The notes beneath the pieces are model-generated. The model worked only from the letters and a program-made list of their open reading frames with translations, was not told where the DNA came from and did no database searches. DNA of 64,000 bases from Chloroflexota bacterium (GTDB lineage: Bacteria; Chloroflexota; Anaerolineae; UBA1429), in contig JAYENT010000019.1 of NCBI GenBank assembly GCA_034722245.1, forward strand, positions 10,425 to 74,424, in the 5' to 3' direction. How positions within the stretch are numbered: the first letter of the stretch is position 1; each line of letters starts with the position of its first letter. The position numbers and the translations under genes were made by a program. This document shows, piece after piece, positions 19,295 through 29,958 of this stretch.

Positions 19295-20380
19295 TCAGGA
19301 ATAGCGCCCATATTCATGGGCGGCCCTGACCATGGCCACATAATTCTGGGCCTTGCAGCCCGGGTGAATGGAATTGGACGAGCTGATGATATATCCACCA
19401 CCGGGGGCCGCCTTCTTTATGGTCTCCCGGACGGTGGCCTCCACTTCCTCCTCCGTGCCAAAGGGGAGAAGCTCGCGACAATCGATGTTTCCCAGGATAC
19501 AAGCCCTGCCCGCCACATGTTCCTTGACCTCGGCGACGTCCATACACTGAGGCTGAATGGGATGTATGCCATCAAACCCCACCTCCAGCAGGTCATCCAA
19601 AATGGGCCACACATTGCCGTCGGAGTGTTTCACAATCTTGACGCCGCGACGATGGGCGTGATCCACCATCTCCCTGTGATACGGCTTGATGTACTCGCGA
19701 TAGTGCTGGGGAGACATGATCGTTGTCAATTCGCCCGCCAGATCCCCAGGCACGATAACGACGTCCACCCCAGATTCCACGGCCATATCTATGGCCGCCT
19801 TATCAAAGTCCGTGGATATACGTGCCAGGTCGTGCACGAATTGCGGTCGCAGGACATAGTCCATCAGCAGATGCTGCATGCCCCCGCGCCGGCGCCAACT
19901 CACCTTGAAGGGATCCGTCACGCTGATAAAGTGCGCCTTCTCCGGACCCACCGCATCAATGACATGACGCACCCCAGAAAAGTCCTCATCATGGAGCTTG
20001 GACACCATGTCGAAACCCACAAGATCCTCCGGCCCCTGAATGGGACCTTCAATGGGCATGGGCTCACCGTGTTCGCTGAGCCGATAGATGGTGCCGTACT
20101 TGTCCCTCCCCACGTTCTCCCCGACGATCTCTATGCCTATGGAAAAGTTCGTACAGGTGGCGTCCAAGCCTAGCTCATCCACGAGGAAGCAATAAAGATC
20201 GAGAATCTCGCGCCGTTCCTCCCCAAAGCGATCCTTTTGCGCTTCCACCTCCACCATTCCCGGTGCCAACAGCTGCGCCAGCCTGACGATGCTGGATTCA
20301 TTTATGTAGAGTTCAAAGATGGGCACCCTGTCGGGCTGCTTGGCCTCCAAGGCCACCAAAATTCGCTCTCTGGATTTCAT
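19295..20380 (-). CDS. Uroporphyrinogen decarboxylase (URO-D) family protein (HemE / methylcobamide:CoM methyltransferase-like fold)
   Basis: URO-D TIM-barrel family signature; start ATG 20380 with RBS AAGGGGGGG. Confidence 0.8.
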   Translation of the reverse strand: MKSRERILVALEAKQPDRVPIFELYINESSIVRLAQLLAPGMVEVEAQKDRFGEERREILDLYCFLVDELGLDATCTNFSIGIEIVGENVGRDKYGTIYRLSEHGEPMPIEGPIQGPEDLVGFDMVSKLHDEDFSGVRHVIDAVGPEKAHFISVTDPFKVSWRRRGGMQHLLMDYVLRPQFVHDLARISTDFDKAAIDMAVESGVDVVIVPGDLAGELTTIMSPQHYREYIKPYHREMVDHAHRRGVKIVKHSDGNVWPILDDLLEVGFDGIHPIQPQCMDVAEVKEHVAGRACILGNIDCRELLPFGTEEEVEATVRETIKKAAPGGGYIISSSNSIHPGCKAQNYVAMVRAAHEYGRYS

Positions 20381-21019
20381 AATCGCCCCCCCTTGTCCCG
20401 GCTCCCCCATCTCATTTTAAGCCCCATGTGCCGCCACGTCAATGGCTCCATCGCTGGTGATTACCCATAAGTCAAAGTCTCCTCAGGGAAGGAGTGATGG
20501 CTCGCGAAGGAGAGGGTAGCCGCGACAGCGAAGACACTGCCAATACCGGCCAGGAGGATGTAGGGCCCATCGCTATCCACGGGTAGGTCCAGTTTACCAC
20601 CCCCCAGACGGTGTAGCCATAGTACAGCCTGTGGAGGTCAAGTCTCGTCGGTATAATAGGCGAACAAAGCGGTCCCGAATTTCCTGTAAAAACGGCGACG
20701 TGAATCTAGTTCATTTGACTTGACACGGAGTATACGGACATTACCGTCCAAAAAGCCAGCTCACAATGCAACAGGGGTAACGATGTAGAAAATCGGAGGT
20801 GAAACGCCTCTGATGGGGTACCGGCAAGATCACAAATTCTACCAACACAACATGGAACCGAAACCCAATGGGGTCCCGGTCGCGCCCCTTTCGCTCCTAT
20901 AACGATGCACAAACCTGAGAAAACCTCGATCCTACCAGCAAGAGAATGCGGGTAGGAAAAGGGCTCCTACCCGCAAAACGTTCGATGCAAATATCGGGAT
21001 ATCGTTCTTCGCCAGATTT

Positions 21020-21937
21020 CTATGCGTTTCCCCTCCCACGACGCCGTATCCACCGCACCAAGAGCCAGAGCACCACGACGGGCACCACCACAAACGGAGA
21101 GAAAATCAGGACATAGATTGCGACATCCACAAACACCTGGAAGACGTTCACAAAGGCCCTCAAGGCCCTATTGAGGGTCACCAACGGATTCCATTTGGCC
21201 CTTTCCACCAGAGGCTTGGGAGCTGCCTTGGGGCGGACGGTCACGTTTATGGTCGCCAGAGCACTCATCTGTTCCAGATACTGCTCGCGCCCCTTGAGCG
21301 ACTCGATCTGCCCCCGAATATTGGTCAACTCGCGGTGAATGGCCAGTATATCCTCGGCCTTGCCCCGGTTCTCGCGCACCTCGGTCAGCAGGGCCAAAAG
21401 CTCTTCCTCCGTGGCCTCCAAGTTCCGCAGTCTGGCCTCGAGATCCACGTATTCTTGGGTCACGTCCTCTCCAGAGATATTCTCGTCCTCCACCCTGAGG
21501 GCCATATCGTGCAATCGATCTATCACCTGATCCAGCGATTCGGCGGGCACGCGCACCGTTATCCTGCCATGGGGCTGTTCGTTGGCAAGCCAGCGACGAG
21601 AACTAGCGATGTACCCGTCGTAGCTGTCGGCGAGGCTGCGCAGCGTGCGCAGCACCTCGTCCGTGTCCTCCACGACGATGGTCATCTCCACGGTGCGGAT
21701 GATCATACGCTGCTCCACATCCGCGGCCTCCCAGGACGCTCCCGCCGCGTAGGCCCCCTTGTCGGCCTCTGAAGCCTTCATCACCCTTTCCACTTCTTTC
21801 TCTACAACGACCGTCTCCCTTACGACCTGCGGGACGCCAGTGAGACTCTCCTTGACCCTCCGGGGAGCACATGACGTAACCAACATCGCCACGAGCAACA
21901 GCACAACGCCCAGCGTCCATCTCTTATCCTTCTTCAT
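21020..21937 (-). CDS. DUF4349-domain lipoprotein with a C-terminal TM anchor
   Basis: Signal peptide + lipobox LVTSC; central coiled-coil; C-terminal double TM. RBS GGAGGAGG. A 9-bp stem-loop (20948-20973) lies 3' of the stop. Confidence 0.7.
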   Translation of the reverse strand: MKKDKRWTLGVVLLLVAMLVTSCAPRRVKESLTGVPQVVRETVVVEKEVERVMKASEADKGAYAAGASWEAADVEQRMIIRTVEMTIVVEDTDEVLRTLRSLADSYDGYIASSRRWLANEQPHGRITVRVPAESLDQVIDRLHDMALRVEDENISGEDVTQEYVDLEARLRNLEATEEELLALLTEVRENRGKAEDILAIHRELTNIRGQIESLKGREQYLEQMSALATINVTVRPKAAPKPLVERAKWNPLVTLNRALRAFVNVFQVFVDVAIYVLIFSPFVVVPVVVLWLLVRWIRRRGRGNA

Positions 21938-22015
21938 TCGTAGCCTCCTCCAAAGATTCGTCTTCATATCCTTCTACACATTAAGACGCAAAATGGGTGC
22001 CTTTTGTTCCCTCCA

Positions 22016-22743
22016 TCACCACCCAACGCTCAGGCGCTCGATATTGCGGCGCGGAAGGTTCGCTTCCCGCATCTTTTGCTGCGTCACGGCCACGTCATAG
22101 GTCACGCGCTTCGGCTCACACCGCTTGCTTTCCGTCTCCAACATCATATAGGCTGCTCGCGGATCCCGGTCGCGAGGCTGGCCCACGCTGCCCGGATTCA
22201 CGATATAGCGCCCATCATCGAGAGAAAACGGCTCTTCTGCCCTGACCGGCGACTGCTCACAATGAAAACGGTTGGGTACGTCACGAAACCTGACGGGCAC
22301 GTGTGTATGGCCCACAAAGCAGACGGGGGCGTCGAAATGGGAAAAGTTCACCTTTGCCACCCCATCGTCGAATATGTACTCCCATATAGGACGCCGCGGA
22401 CTACCATGGGCCAAAAAGAAATCTCCGAGGGTAAGTGTCTTGGGCAGCCCCTCCAAATAGGACACGGAATCAGCAGTCAACTGTTCCCGTGTCCAGAGGT
22501 TGGCCCTTCGGGCGTCGGCGTTGAAAGTGGAGAGATCGATCTTGCCCAGGGAGCCCCAATCGTGATTGCCCGCGATGGCCACGTGCTCGAATTCGTTGAG
22601 GCGCGCGACACACTCGTTGGGGTTTGGGCCATAGCCCACCACATCTCCCAGGCACCAAATGACGTCAAAATCGCCGACGGCCTCCAGAACGGCATCCAAG
22701 GCCTCAAGATTGGAATGTATATCAGATATCAGCAAGACACGCA
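22016..22743 (-). CDS. Metallophosphoesterase (YfcE/MJ0936-like phosphodiesterase)
   Basis: GTG start at 22743 with RBS AAGGAGGGGG. Motifs: DIHSN, GDVVGYG, GNHD, GHTH. Confidence 0.8.
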
Positions 22744-22922
22744 CAATCGTCCCCCTCCTTTTATTCTCAGCCTCCCACCTTAGTCTATCACAGTACATCC
22801 AGCGTCAGCATCACGCTGCTCCCTTGACATCCCCGCCCTGGCGGTCTAGAATCCCTTCGCTCCCTATGAAGACTGGAAACGGCTATATCCTTTCTGGGTA
22901 ATCTAGACGATGTGAGGAGTGT

Positions 22923-23897
22923 ATGGCCTCCATTGTAACCGTTGGCGAAGCCCTTGTCGAGATCATGCGCCCGGAGCGGGACGTCCCGCTGAATCGTCCC
23001 GGCCCCTTCTCCGGTCCCTATCCCAGCGGCGCTCCCGCCATCTTTGCCGGCGCCGCAGCACGCCTTGGCGCTTCGGTGGGCTTTGTGGGCACCGTAGGCC
23101 ACGATGCTTTTGGCGACTGCGTACTCGACCGCCTGCGATCCGACGGCGTGGACGTATCCGCCGTGCGCCGCGAGAGCGAACTTCTGACTGGCATCGCCTT
23201 CGTGGCCTATGCCGCCGACGGCACGCGATCCTTCATCTTCCACCTACCGCGATCAGCCGCCGCCCACGTGACCCCGGACCAACTGCCCGCAGGCTATGTG
23301 GACGAGATACGCTATTTGCACGTCATGGGCTCCTCCCTCAGCATCAGCGAGGAACTGCGCAAGACATGCTACGCCCTCGCGCACCAGGTCTATGAAAATG
23401 GGGGCACGGTGAGCCTGGACCCCAATCTGCGTCCAGAGCTGCTGCCAGAGGAGGAGATCCGCGCCGTGTGCGATCCCGTGGTGGAGGTCGCCGAGGTCGT
23501 CCTGCCCAGCGGTGAGGAACTGGCCTCGCTCACGGGCGAAAAGAGTGCTCCCAAAGGCGCCGAGAGGCTGCTGGCAAGGGGGGTGGAGATCGTCGCTCTC
23601 AAACGCGGAGCACGGGGGTCACGAATATACACCAAGGATGAAACGATAGACATCCCGCCCTATCAGGTGAAAGAGGTGGATCCCACTGGCGCTGGCGACT
23701 GCTACGACGCCGCCTTTGTCGTGGGCCTTTCCAGGTATTGGCCCCTGGAGGCGACGGCGCGGTACGCCAACGCCGCGGGCGCCCTGGCCACGACGCGACT
23801 GGGCCCTATGGAGGGCACCTTCGACCATGAATACGTCACTGACTTTATGGCGTCCCAAGGGGCGCCTCTGCCCCCCTCCCTCAGAAGCGCCTCATAG
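22923..23897 (+). CDS. PfkB-family sugar kinase (KdgK / fructokinase-like)
   Basis: DPTGAGDCYDAAFVVG anion-hole motif; ribokinase fold. Confidence 0.85.
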   Translation: MASIVTVGEALVEIMRPERDVPLNRPGPFSGPYPSGAPAIFAGAAARLGASVGFVGTVGHDAFGDCVLDRLRSDGVDVSAVRRESELLTGIAFVAYAADGTRSFIFHLPRSAAAHVTPDQLPAGYVDEIRYLHVMGSSLSISEELRKTCYALAHQVYENGGTVSLDPNLRPELLPEEEIRAVCDPVVEVAEVVLPSGEELASLTGEKSAPKGAERLLARGVEIVALKRGARGSRIYTKDETIDIPPYQVKEVDPTGAGDCYDAAFVVGLSRYWPLEATARYANAAGALATTRLGPMEGTFDHEYVTDFMASQGAPLPPSLRSAS

Positions 23898-24591
23898 TTA
23901 GCTCCGCCCTCGGCACGCCCTCCTCGATCTCTTGCAGGGTCATGGGCACCAACTCCACCCCAAAGCGTTCCGCAAAGGAGACGGCCACACGCTGGCGCAC
24001 CTGCGCCATGGAGGGCACCGCATCCAGTTCCTGGGCCAGACTGGTAACGCCCCCATCGGTGATACCGCAGGGGATGATGAAGGACCAGTGCGCCATGTTG
24101 GGCGCCACGTTCAAGGCGAAACCGTGAAAGGTCACGCCCCGCTTGATGCGCACGCCCAGCGCGGCGATCTTGTTTTCCCCCACCCAGACGCCGATGATCT
24201 TTTCCCGCAGCCTGGTCTCCACGCCGAAAGTGGCCAGGGCGTCTCGGATTACCGCCTCCAGCCGGTGCATGTAATCGCTGGCGCCCAGACCATAACTGTG
24301 CATGTCGACGATGGGATAGCCCACGAGCTGCCCCGGCCCATGGTAGGTCACGTCCCCGCCCCGCTCGATGCGACAGACCTCGATCCCCTCATCCTGCAAC
24401 ACATCTCGGGAAACCAAGATGTTGCTCTCGTCGGCCCGTCGGCCCAGGGTAATCACGGGGGTATGCTCCAGCAGGAGCAGCACGTCACCGATCAACCCCT
24501 GCCGACGCCAGCCCACCAGTTTGCGCTGTAGGTCGTGCACCGGATCAAAGGGGACAACTCCCAATTCCAACAGCCACACCGGACGTCTCAA
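23881..24591 (-). CDS. lipB: Octanoyltransferase (lipoyl(octanoyl) transferase)
   Basis: HTPVITLGRR, GGDVTYHGPGQLVGY, and the PCG catalytic Cys motif. Confidence 0.9.
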   Translation of the reverse strand: MRRPVWLLELGVVPFDPVHDLQRKLVGWRRQGLIGDVLLLLEHTPVITLGRRADESNILVSRDVLQDEGIEVCRIERGGDVTYHGPGQLVGYPIVDMHSYGLGASDYMHRLEAVIRDALATFGVETRLREKIIGVWVGENKIAALGVRIKRGVTFHGFALNVAPNMAHWSFIIPCGITDGGVTSLAQELDAVPSMAQVRQRVAVSFAERFGVELVPMTLQEIEEGVPRAELTMRRF

Positions 24592-24615
24592 ACGATCCTC
24601 CTGTAAAAACGTGCC

Positions 24616-25575
24616 CTATTGACCAGGTGAACCTAACACGCTCTCCACAAAACCGCGCCGTCCCCGACAGAACTGTTCCACCTCCATGGCGCGCCTGCCG
24701 GCCAACTGCACCTCCTCAAGTATAAGCAGTCCCTCACCGGTGACGACGCCTATGCCCTCTTCCACCTCCACGACGGTGCCCGGTTCCCCTTCCCCACACC
24801 AATCGGGCAGGGGATGGGCGCGGAGTATCTTGAAATTTTTGCCGTCGCAGGTGCAAAAGGAGCCAGGCCATGGGGTAAAGGCCCGAATTTGCCGGTCGAT
24901 CTGTACGGCGCTCTCCTCCCAATCGATGGCCCCGTCTGATTTGGAGATGAGAGGTGCCATCGTGGCCTCGTCATCATCCTGTTCGCGGGGCTCGATGTCC
25001 CCAGCCAACCAGGCGGGCAAGGTCTCGATGAGCAGCGCCGCGCCCAGACGAGAGAGCTTCCGGGTGAGCGTTTCCCTGGTATCATCGGGCACGATGGGAA
25101 TGCTTCGCCGGGCGATGATGGGGCCTGTGTCCATACCCTCATCGGTAAGCATGAGCGTCACGCCTGTCTCCTCCTCGCCGTGTAGGATGGCCGCCGCAAC
25201 GGGAGCCGCTCCGCGGTATTTGGGCAATAGCGAGGCATGAACGCCTATGCAGCCATATGGGGGAATTTCCAGCACCTCGGGACGCAACATCTGGCCGTAG
25301 GCGGCGATGACGAACACGTCGGCGCGCATGTCGCGCAGTGCCCGAACCGTCTCCGCATCGCGGCGCAGATCGGCCGGCTGGAGAATCTGCAGATCATACT
25401 CCTGAGCCACGCGCTTGACGGGAGGCGCATGCCGCTGGCGGCCACGCCCGGACACACGATCGGGCTGGGTGACCACCCCCACCACATCATGGTGTTTCAC
25501 GAGAGCCTCCAACACAGGAATGCCAAAATGCGGCGTACCCAAGAACACGACCCTTGCCACTATTGCCCCCCACAT
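24616..25575 (-). CDS. fmt: Methionyl-tRNA formyltransferase (start ATG 25575 or GTG 25560)
   Basis: VVFLGTPHFG, the N-formyltransferase SLLP...HGEEETGVTLM motif, and the C-terminal Fmt domain. Confidence 0.85.
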   Translation of the reverse strand: MWGAIVARVVFLGTPHFGIPVLEALVKHHDVVGVVTQPDRVSGRGRQRHAPPVKRVAQEYDLQILQPADLRRDAETVRALRDMRADVFVIAAYGQMLRPEVLEIPPYGCIGVHASLLPKYRGAAPVAAAILHGEEETGVTLMLTDEGMDTGPIIARRSIPIVPDDTRETLTRKLSRLGAALLIETLPAWLAGDIEPREQDDDEATMAPLISKSDGAIDWEESAVQIDRQIRAFTPWPGSFCTCDGKNFKILRAHPLPDWCGEGEPGTVVEVEEGIGVVTGEGLLILEEVQLAGRRAMEVEQFCRGRRGFVESVLGSPGQ

Positions 25576-25832
25576 ATAAGACAGCACATAAATTCTAGCA
25601 CGGCGAGCCCACACTCGCAAGATACACACCAAAAGCCTCCCAGCGGCCACGTAAGAATGTGCCATGCTGTGGCGATGTCCCTGTCTGACATGCGGTTCCA
25701 GCGAGTGGAACCCAAACGACGGCGGACGACGCGAGGCTTTGACCACCACGCCCCCTGCCGTATAATGGGAGCCGGCGGCAGAAGTGCCTCGTCATCGACA
25801 TGCCCGTAGATAGAGACCGAAAAGGAAGCCAG

Positions 25833-27533
25833 ATGCCAGTTCCCGAACTATGGACGCTCAAACGTAAATGCCCCTCTGAATTCGTCCGCCGCTTTCCCAG
25901 CCTGGATCCCTTGCTCACCCAAGTGCTCTATGCGCGAGGCATAGATACGCCGAGCAAGGTGAACGCATTCCTGAATGTGCCCAAAACGCTTGCCAACCCC
26001 TTTCAGATGACGGGCATGAATGAAGCCGTGGCGCGACTGCAGCAGGCCTTGACCAAAGACGAAAGGATCATCGTGTATGGAGACTATGACGTGGACGGCG
26101 TCAGTGCCACCGCACTTCTGGTCTCTGCCCTGAGAGGTTTGGGAGGGAAGGTCGAAGCGTACATCCCCGACCGCTTCTCGGAGGCCTATGGGTTGAACAA
26201 GGCCGCCCTGGAGAAGCTGCACCAAGAGGGAACGGGCCTCGTGGTCACTGTCGACTGTGGCATCCGTTCGGCGGAGGAGGTGGCCTATGCCGGCAGCTTG
26301 GGACTGGACATGATCGTCACAGACCATCATTCGGTGCCAAAAGAGATCCCTCCAGCCGTCGCCGTCCTGGATCCCAAGCGCCCAGATTGCTACTACGACT
26401 TCAAGGAATTGGCCGGCGTAGGTGTGGCCTATCAGCTGGTACAGGCCCTTACAGAAGCCCAACATGTACGTGGCCTGCGCGGCATCGATCCCGAACAGTT
26501 TCTCGACTTGGTAGCCTTGGGCACGGTGGCCGACATCGTTCCCCTTACAGAGGAGAACCGCTCCCTGGCCCACTGGGGCCTGAGACGCATGCGCGAATCG
26601 CCCCGCATGGGGCTGTTGAAGCTCATGGAAAAAGCGGGCGTGCAGCCCGAGCAGGTGGATGGGGAAGCCATTGGCTTTCGCCTTGGCCCCAGGATCAACG
26701 CCGCTGGACGCCTGGAACACGCTCGACTCGCCTATCGGCTCCTCATGACCAATGTGGAAGAGGAGGCAGAAGAACTGGCCGACCGGCTCCATCGCATCAA
26801 CCTAGAGCGACAGCAGCTTTTGGATCGGCAATGTCGCCATGCGCGCGAGCTGGTGGATAGCCAGGAGACCGGCCCCGTGCTCATTATTGACGATCCAACG
26901 TTCCACGAGGGGATTGTGGGCTTGATCGCCAGCCGTCTCACGGAAACGTTCTACCGGCCAACGTTGGTGATGCGCAGGGGTGAAAGGGACACCAGAGGAT
27001 CGGCACGCAGCATTGAAGGCTTTCACATCACCCACGCCCTGGACCATTGTGCAGATCTCCTATTCCGCTACGGCGGCCACGCCGCAGCAGCGGGGTTTTC
27101 CCTACCCACCGAGAACCTCCCAGCGTTCCGGGAATGCCTTGAGCGCTACTGCGCAGAACGCATAGGCGAGGAGATGCTCCAGCGGCGCATCCGCGTGGAT
27201 GCCATCGTACCCCTCAAAGCGCTTGACGAGAATACGCCCCAACTCTTGCGTAGGATAGCCCCCTTTGGAGAGGGCAATCCCGCGCCGTCACTGGCATCGG
27301 TCGACCTGGACCTGCTTTCTTTACGGCCAGTGGGTAGCGGGGACAGACACCTGCGCCTAAGCGTCGGCGACGGAATCCGTTCGCTGTCCGCCATCGCCTT
27401 TCGGCAAGGACATCTGGCCAAGAGGCTGAGCCTGGGCGACAAGGTAGACATGGTCTACACTCCCTCGCTGAACACCTATCGAGGAAAAACGTCCCTACAA
27501 CTGGTCGTACAGGCCATACGCAAGAGTGAGTGA
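25833..27533 (+). CDS. recJ: Single-stranded-DNA-specific exonuclease RecJ
   Basis: DHH motifs (GDYDVDGVSA, DHH) plus the DHHA1 domain (GGHAAAAG). Confidence 0.9.
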   Translation: MPVPELWTLKRKCPSEFVRRFPSLDPLLTQVLYARGIDTPSKVNAFLNVPKTLANPFQMTGMNEAVARLQQALTKDERIIVYGDYDVDGVSATALLVSALRGLGGKVEAYIPDRFSEAYGLNKAALEKLHQEGTGLVVTVDCGIRSAEEVAYAGSLGLDMIVTDHHSVPKEIPPAVAVLDPKRPDCYYDFKELAGVGVAYQLVQALTEAQHVRGLRGIDPEQFLDLVALGTVADIVPLTEENRSLAHWGLRRMRESPRMGLLKLMEKAGVQPEQVDGEAIGFRLGPRINAAGRLEHARLAYRLLMTNVEEEAEELADRLHRINLERQQLLDRQCRHARELVDSQETGPVLIIDDPTFHEGIVGLIASRLTETFYRPTLVMRRGERDTRGSARSIEGFHITHALDHCADLLFRYGGHAAAAGFSLPTENLPAFRECLERYCAERIGEEMLQRRIRVDAIVPLKALDENTPQLLRRIAPFGEGNPAPSLASVDLDLLSLRPVGSGDRHLRLSVGDGIRSLSAIAFRQGHLAKRLSLGDKVDMVYTPSLNTYRGKTSLQLVVQAIRKSE

Positions 27534-27628
27534 GCAGCTCTCGCCTCTGCAAACTCAATCTGCCACCCATATATAGGATGAGGGAGATGAGGACGGCGGA
27601 CGAAGCCGAGTTCCAGACCGCCGACGAG

Positions 27629-28288
27629 CTAAGAACAGGGAAAAGGCGACGCACACCCCTTGATCTCGGCGCGCAAAAGGGTCTCCAGTTCGCTGAGCAT
27701 CATGGCCGTAGCCCCCCAGATGACGTGATCGTCCCAGAGATACATGGGCACCCACCTCTCAATCCCATTCCGAACCCAGACTTCCTTGCGCCTGGCTTCG
27801 CTCCCTAATATCTCACAGAGGGGCATCTCGATTAAGGCGGATACCTCATAATTACTAGGAGAAAAAACAGGTCGCACGGGGGCATACCCGATAAAGGGGT
27901 GCACCTCGAAATGGCTTGCTGCTACATAGAGGGGGCTTAGCATGCCCACATAGTAGACCTCACCTGGAGCGATAGCCACCTCCTCGGCGGCCTCTCGCAG
28001 GGCCGTCTGCCAGAGCGAGGCATCCCCAGCCTCCCTGGCCCCACCGGGGAGAGCTATCTGTCCCTTGTGATGGAGGACGTGTTCGCTGCGGCGCGTCAAA
28101 AGGAGGAAAAGGCGCCCCTCTTGCGGGTAGAGGAGAAGGAGCACCGCTCCCTGCCGGGGTTCTCCATCCTGCCCATTATCTCCCGGCAACACCCGAGGTT
28201 GGGGCGCCATGGGCAACTGCGCCTCCAGCCCGGGCAAAGGAAATCGCAGAGCACGCATCACGCTGTGTATGGTCAGTTTCTCGCACAT
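27629..28288 (-). CDS. NUDIX hydrolase (CoA pyrophosphatase NudL-like)
   Basis: Nudix box GGAREAGDASLWQTALREAAEEVAI. Confidence 0.8.
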   Translation of the reverse strand: MCEKLTIHSVMRALRFPLPGLEAQLPMAPQPRVLPGDNGQDGEPRQGAVLLLLYPQEGRLFLLLTRRSEHVLHHKGQIALPGGAREAGDASLWQTALREAAEEVAIAPGEVYYVGMLSPLYVAASHFEVHPFIGYAPVRPVFSPSNYEVSALIEMPLCEILGSEARRKEVWVRNGIERWVPMYLWDDHVIWGATAMMLSELETLLRAEIKGCASPFPCS

Positions 28289-28475
28289 GATTCCGAGGAA
28301 TGATAACGTCGGGTCAGAACATGTATTTTAGTGCCGCACCACGCCCCGTCAAATCACACGCACGACTACTTTTTCAACACCCTCACGCACGAAAACGAAA
28401 ACCGTTTGACAGCCCCGCTGCCTTGATCTACCCTTGCCCAGACTCGTTAGGACAACTCGACCCAGGAGCAAAGAA

Positions 28476-29438
28476 ATGCCACTCTACGACAAGCCACTTG
28501 AGGAACTTATCGTTTACAGACCGCCTCTGACCAAAGAGGCCGATTTTGACGCCTTTTGGTCGGAGACGCTGAATGAGAATGGAAGTACGCCACTCAATGC
28601 CGACCTTCAGGAGGTCGACTATCCCGTCATTGGCGCCCAGGTCTATGAGGCGCAGTATGACGGATGGGGCGGCGCTCGCATATCCGCCTGGTATCTGACG
28701 CCGGAGAAAGAAGGTCCCTTCCCCACATTGGTGCAGTACCATGGCTACAGTGGCTCCAAAATGGACCTTTATCGCTATCTGATGTGGGTCCTTCAGGACT
28801 ATGCCGTGCTGGCCGTGGACGTGCGCGGACAGTCGGGGAATTCCAGCGATCCGACACCCTATACCGGAGGTCACGTGCGCGGCTGGATGACCCTGGGCAT
28901 CATGGATCCCCACGAATACTATTACCGCGGCGTCTACATGGACTGCGTGCGCGCCCTCGACTTTGTCTGTGATCGTCCCGAGGTAGACGCAGGCAGGATC
29001 GGCATCATGGGTATGAGCCAAGGTGGAGGCCTTACACTGGCCGTTGCCGCGCTCGATGATCGCCCCGCGCTGGCTATGCCCGAGATGCCCTATCTGTGCC
29101 ATTTCAAGCGTGGTGTCGATGTGGCCATGCGCATGCCCTACCTGGAGATAGCGGAATACATCAAGCGCTGGCCCGAACGTGAGGAACAGGTGTGGCGCAC
29201 CTTGAGCTACTTTGACAACATGAACCTGGCTTCCCGCATCGCGTGTCCCGTACTCATGACCGTGGGGCTTCAGGATGACATCTGTCCTCCGTCAACCGTC
29301 TTTGCCGCCTACAACAACATCACGGCGGAAAAGGATATCAAAGTCTATCCTTATCACAATCACGAGGTCGTCGAGGCACATTGGGAGAATAAGGTGCGCT
29401 ACGCCCACCATTATCTGAAGGGGCTGGATACCTTGTAG
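28476..29438 (+). CDS. Acetylxylan esterase / cephalosporin-C deacetylase (AXE1, CE7)
   Basis: GMSQGGG nucleophile elbow; RGQ oxyanion motif; a conserved His near the C-terminus. Confidence 0.85.
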   Translation: MPLYDKPLEELIVYRPPLTKEADFDAFWSETLNENGSTPLNADLQEVDYPVIGAQVYEAQYDGWGGARISAWYLTPEKEGPFPTLVQYHGYSGSKMDLYRYLMWVLQDYAVLAVDVRGQSGNSSDPTPYTGGHVRGWMTLGIMDPHEYYYRGVYMDCVRALDFVCDRPEVDAGRIGIMGMSQGGGLTLAVAALDDRPALAMPEMPYLCHFKRGVDVAMRMPYLEIAEYIKRWPEREEQVWRTLSYFDNMNLASRIACPVLMTVGLQDDICPPSTVFAAYNNITAEKDIKVYPYHNHEVVEAHWENKVRYAHHYLKGLDTL

Positions 29439-29643
29439 ATAACTAGGGCACCGCCGTGAACAGGTGGTGTTAGCTGGTTCCTTCCTCTAACATAGGTCCG
29501 AAGGCTGCTCCAACCGGCGGCAGAGCGCTGCCCTGCGGAAGCGAGTGAGGGGGCCAGCGAGCGAGTGAAGCAACCGCCGCCACTCCCAGGGTGTGCTTGC
29601 CCTTTGTGCTGCACTGGGGTAGAATCACTCCATTGAAGTAGGC

Positions 29644-29958
29644 ATGCAGACCAAGAGCGACATCGAACGAGGGAACGGTCAAGGCCAGTACAAGCAGCGC
29701 TACCCCTTCGGAAGTAGAACATATATTATGTCTTCTACAGCTATTGCTACGATGATAAAGATCATGGAGTCTTTGCCCGAAAGCGCACAAGAGCGAGTCG
29801 TCGACCATCTGCGGGAGTACATTGAGGAACTGCGAGACGAGATAAAATGGGATATCCATTTCGAGGAAACACGGGAGCAACTTGAGGACGCTGCAAGATG
29901 CGCCAAGCGAAAAATCGCTGAGGGACAGGCGAAACCGCTGGATTACGAGCAACTGTGA
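29644..29958 (+). CDS. Small hypothetical protein, antitoxin-like (possible shorter start at an internal Met); its stop overlaps the start of the next ORF as GTGA
   Basis: A TTGCCC-17-TAGAAT promoter-like pair at about 29593-29621. Charged helical sequence ESLPESAQERVVDHLREYIEELRDE. 4-nt GTGA coupling to ORF 29955. Confidence 0.35.
   Translation: MQTKSDIERGNGQGQYKQRYPFGSRTYIMSSTAIATMIKIMESLPESAQERVVDHLREYIEELRDEIKWDIHFEETREQLEDAARCAKRKIAEGQAKPLDYEQL

Noticed and set aside
19235-20173. Long antisense ORFs overlapping well-supported genes (e.g. 19235-20173 +, 22004-22783 +, 41943-43586 -, 38145-38960 -, 56906-58303 -, 59281-60189 -, 62875-63732 +, 25848-26792 -, 17434-18339 +).
   Set aside because: This is a typical high-GC artefact. 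Their translations are Arg/Gly/Pro-rich with no motifs, and each lies opposite a gene with clear family signatures.
20715-20736. TTGACT/TTGACA + TATACG as a promoter in the 20480-21020 island.
   Set aside because: The spacing between the -35-like and -10-like hexamers is 5-10 nt, which is incompatible with sigma-70 geometry.
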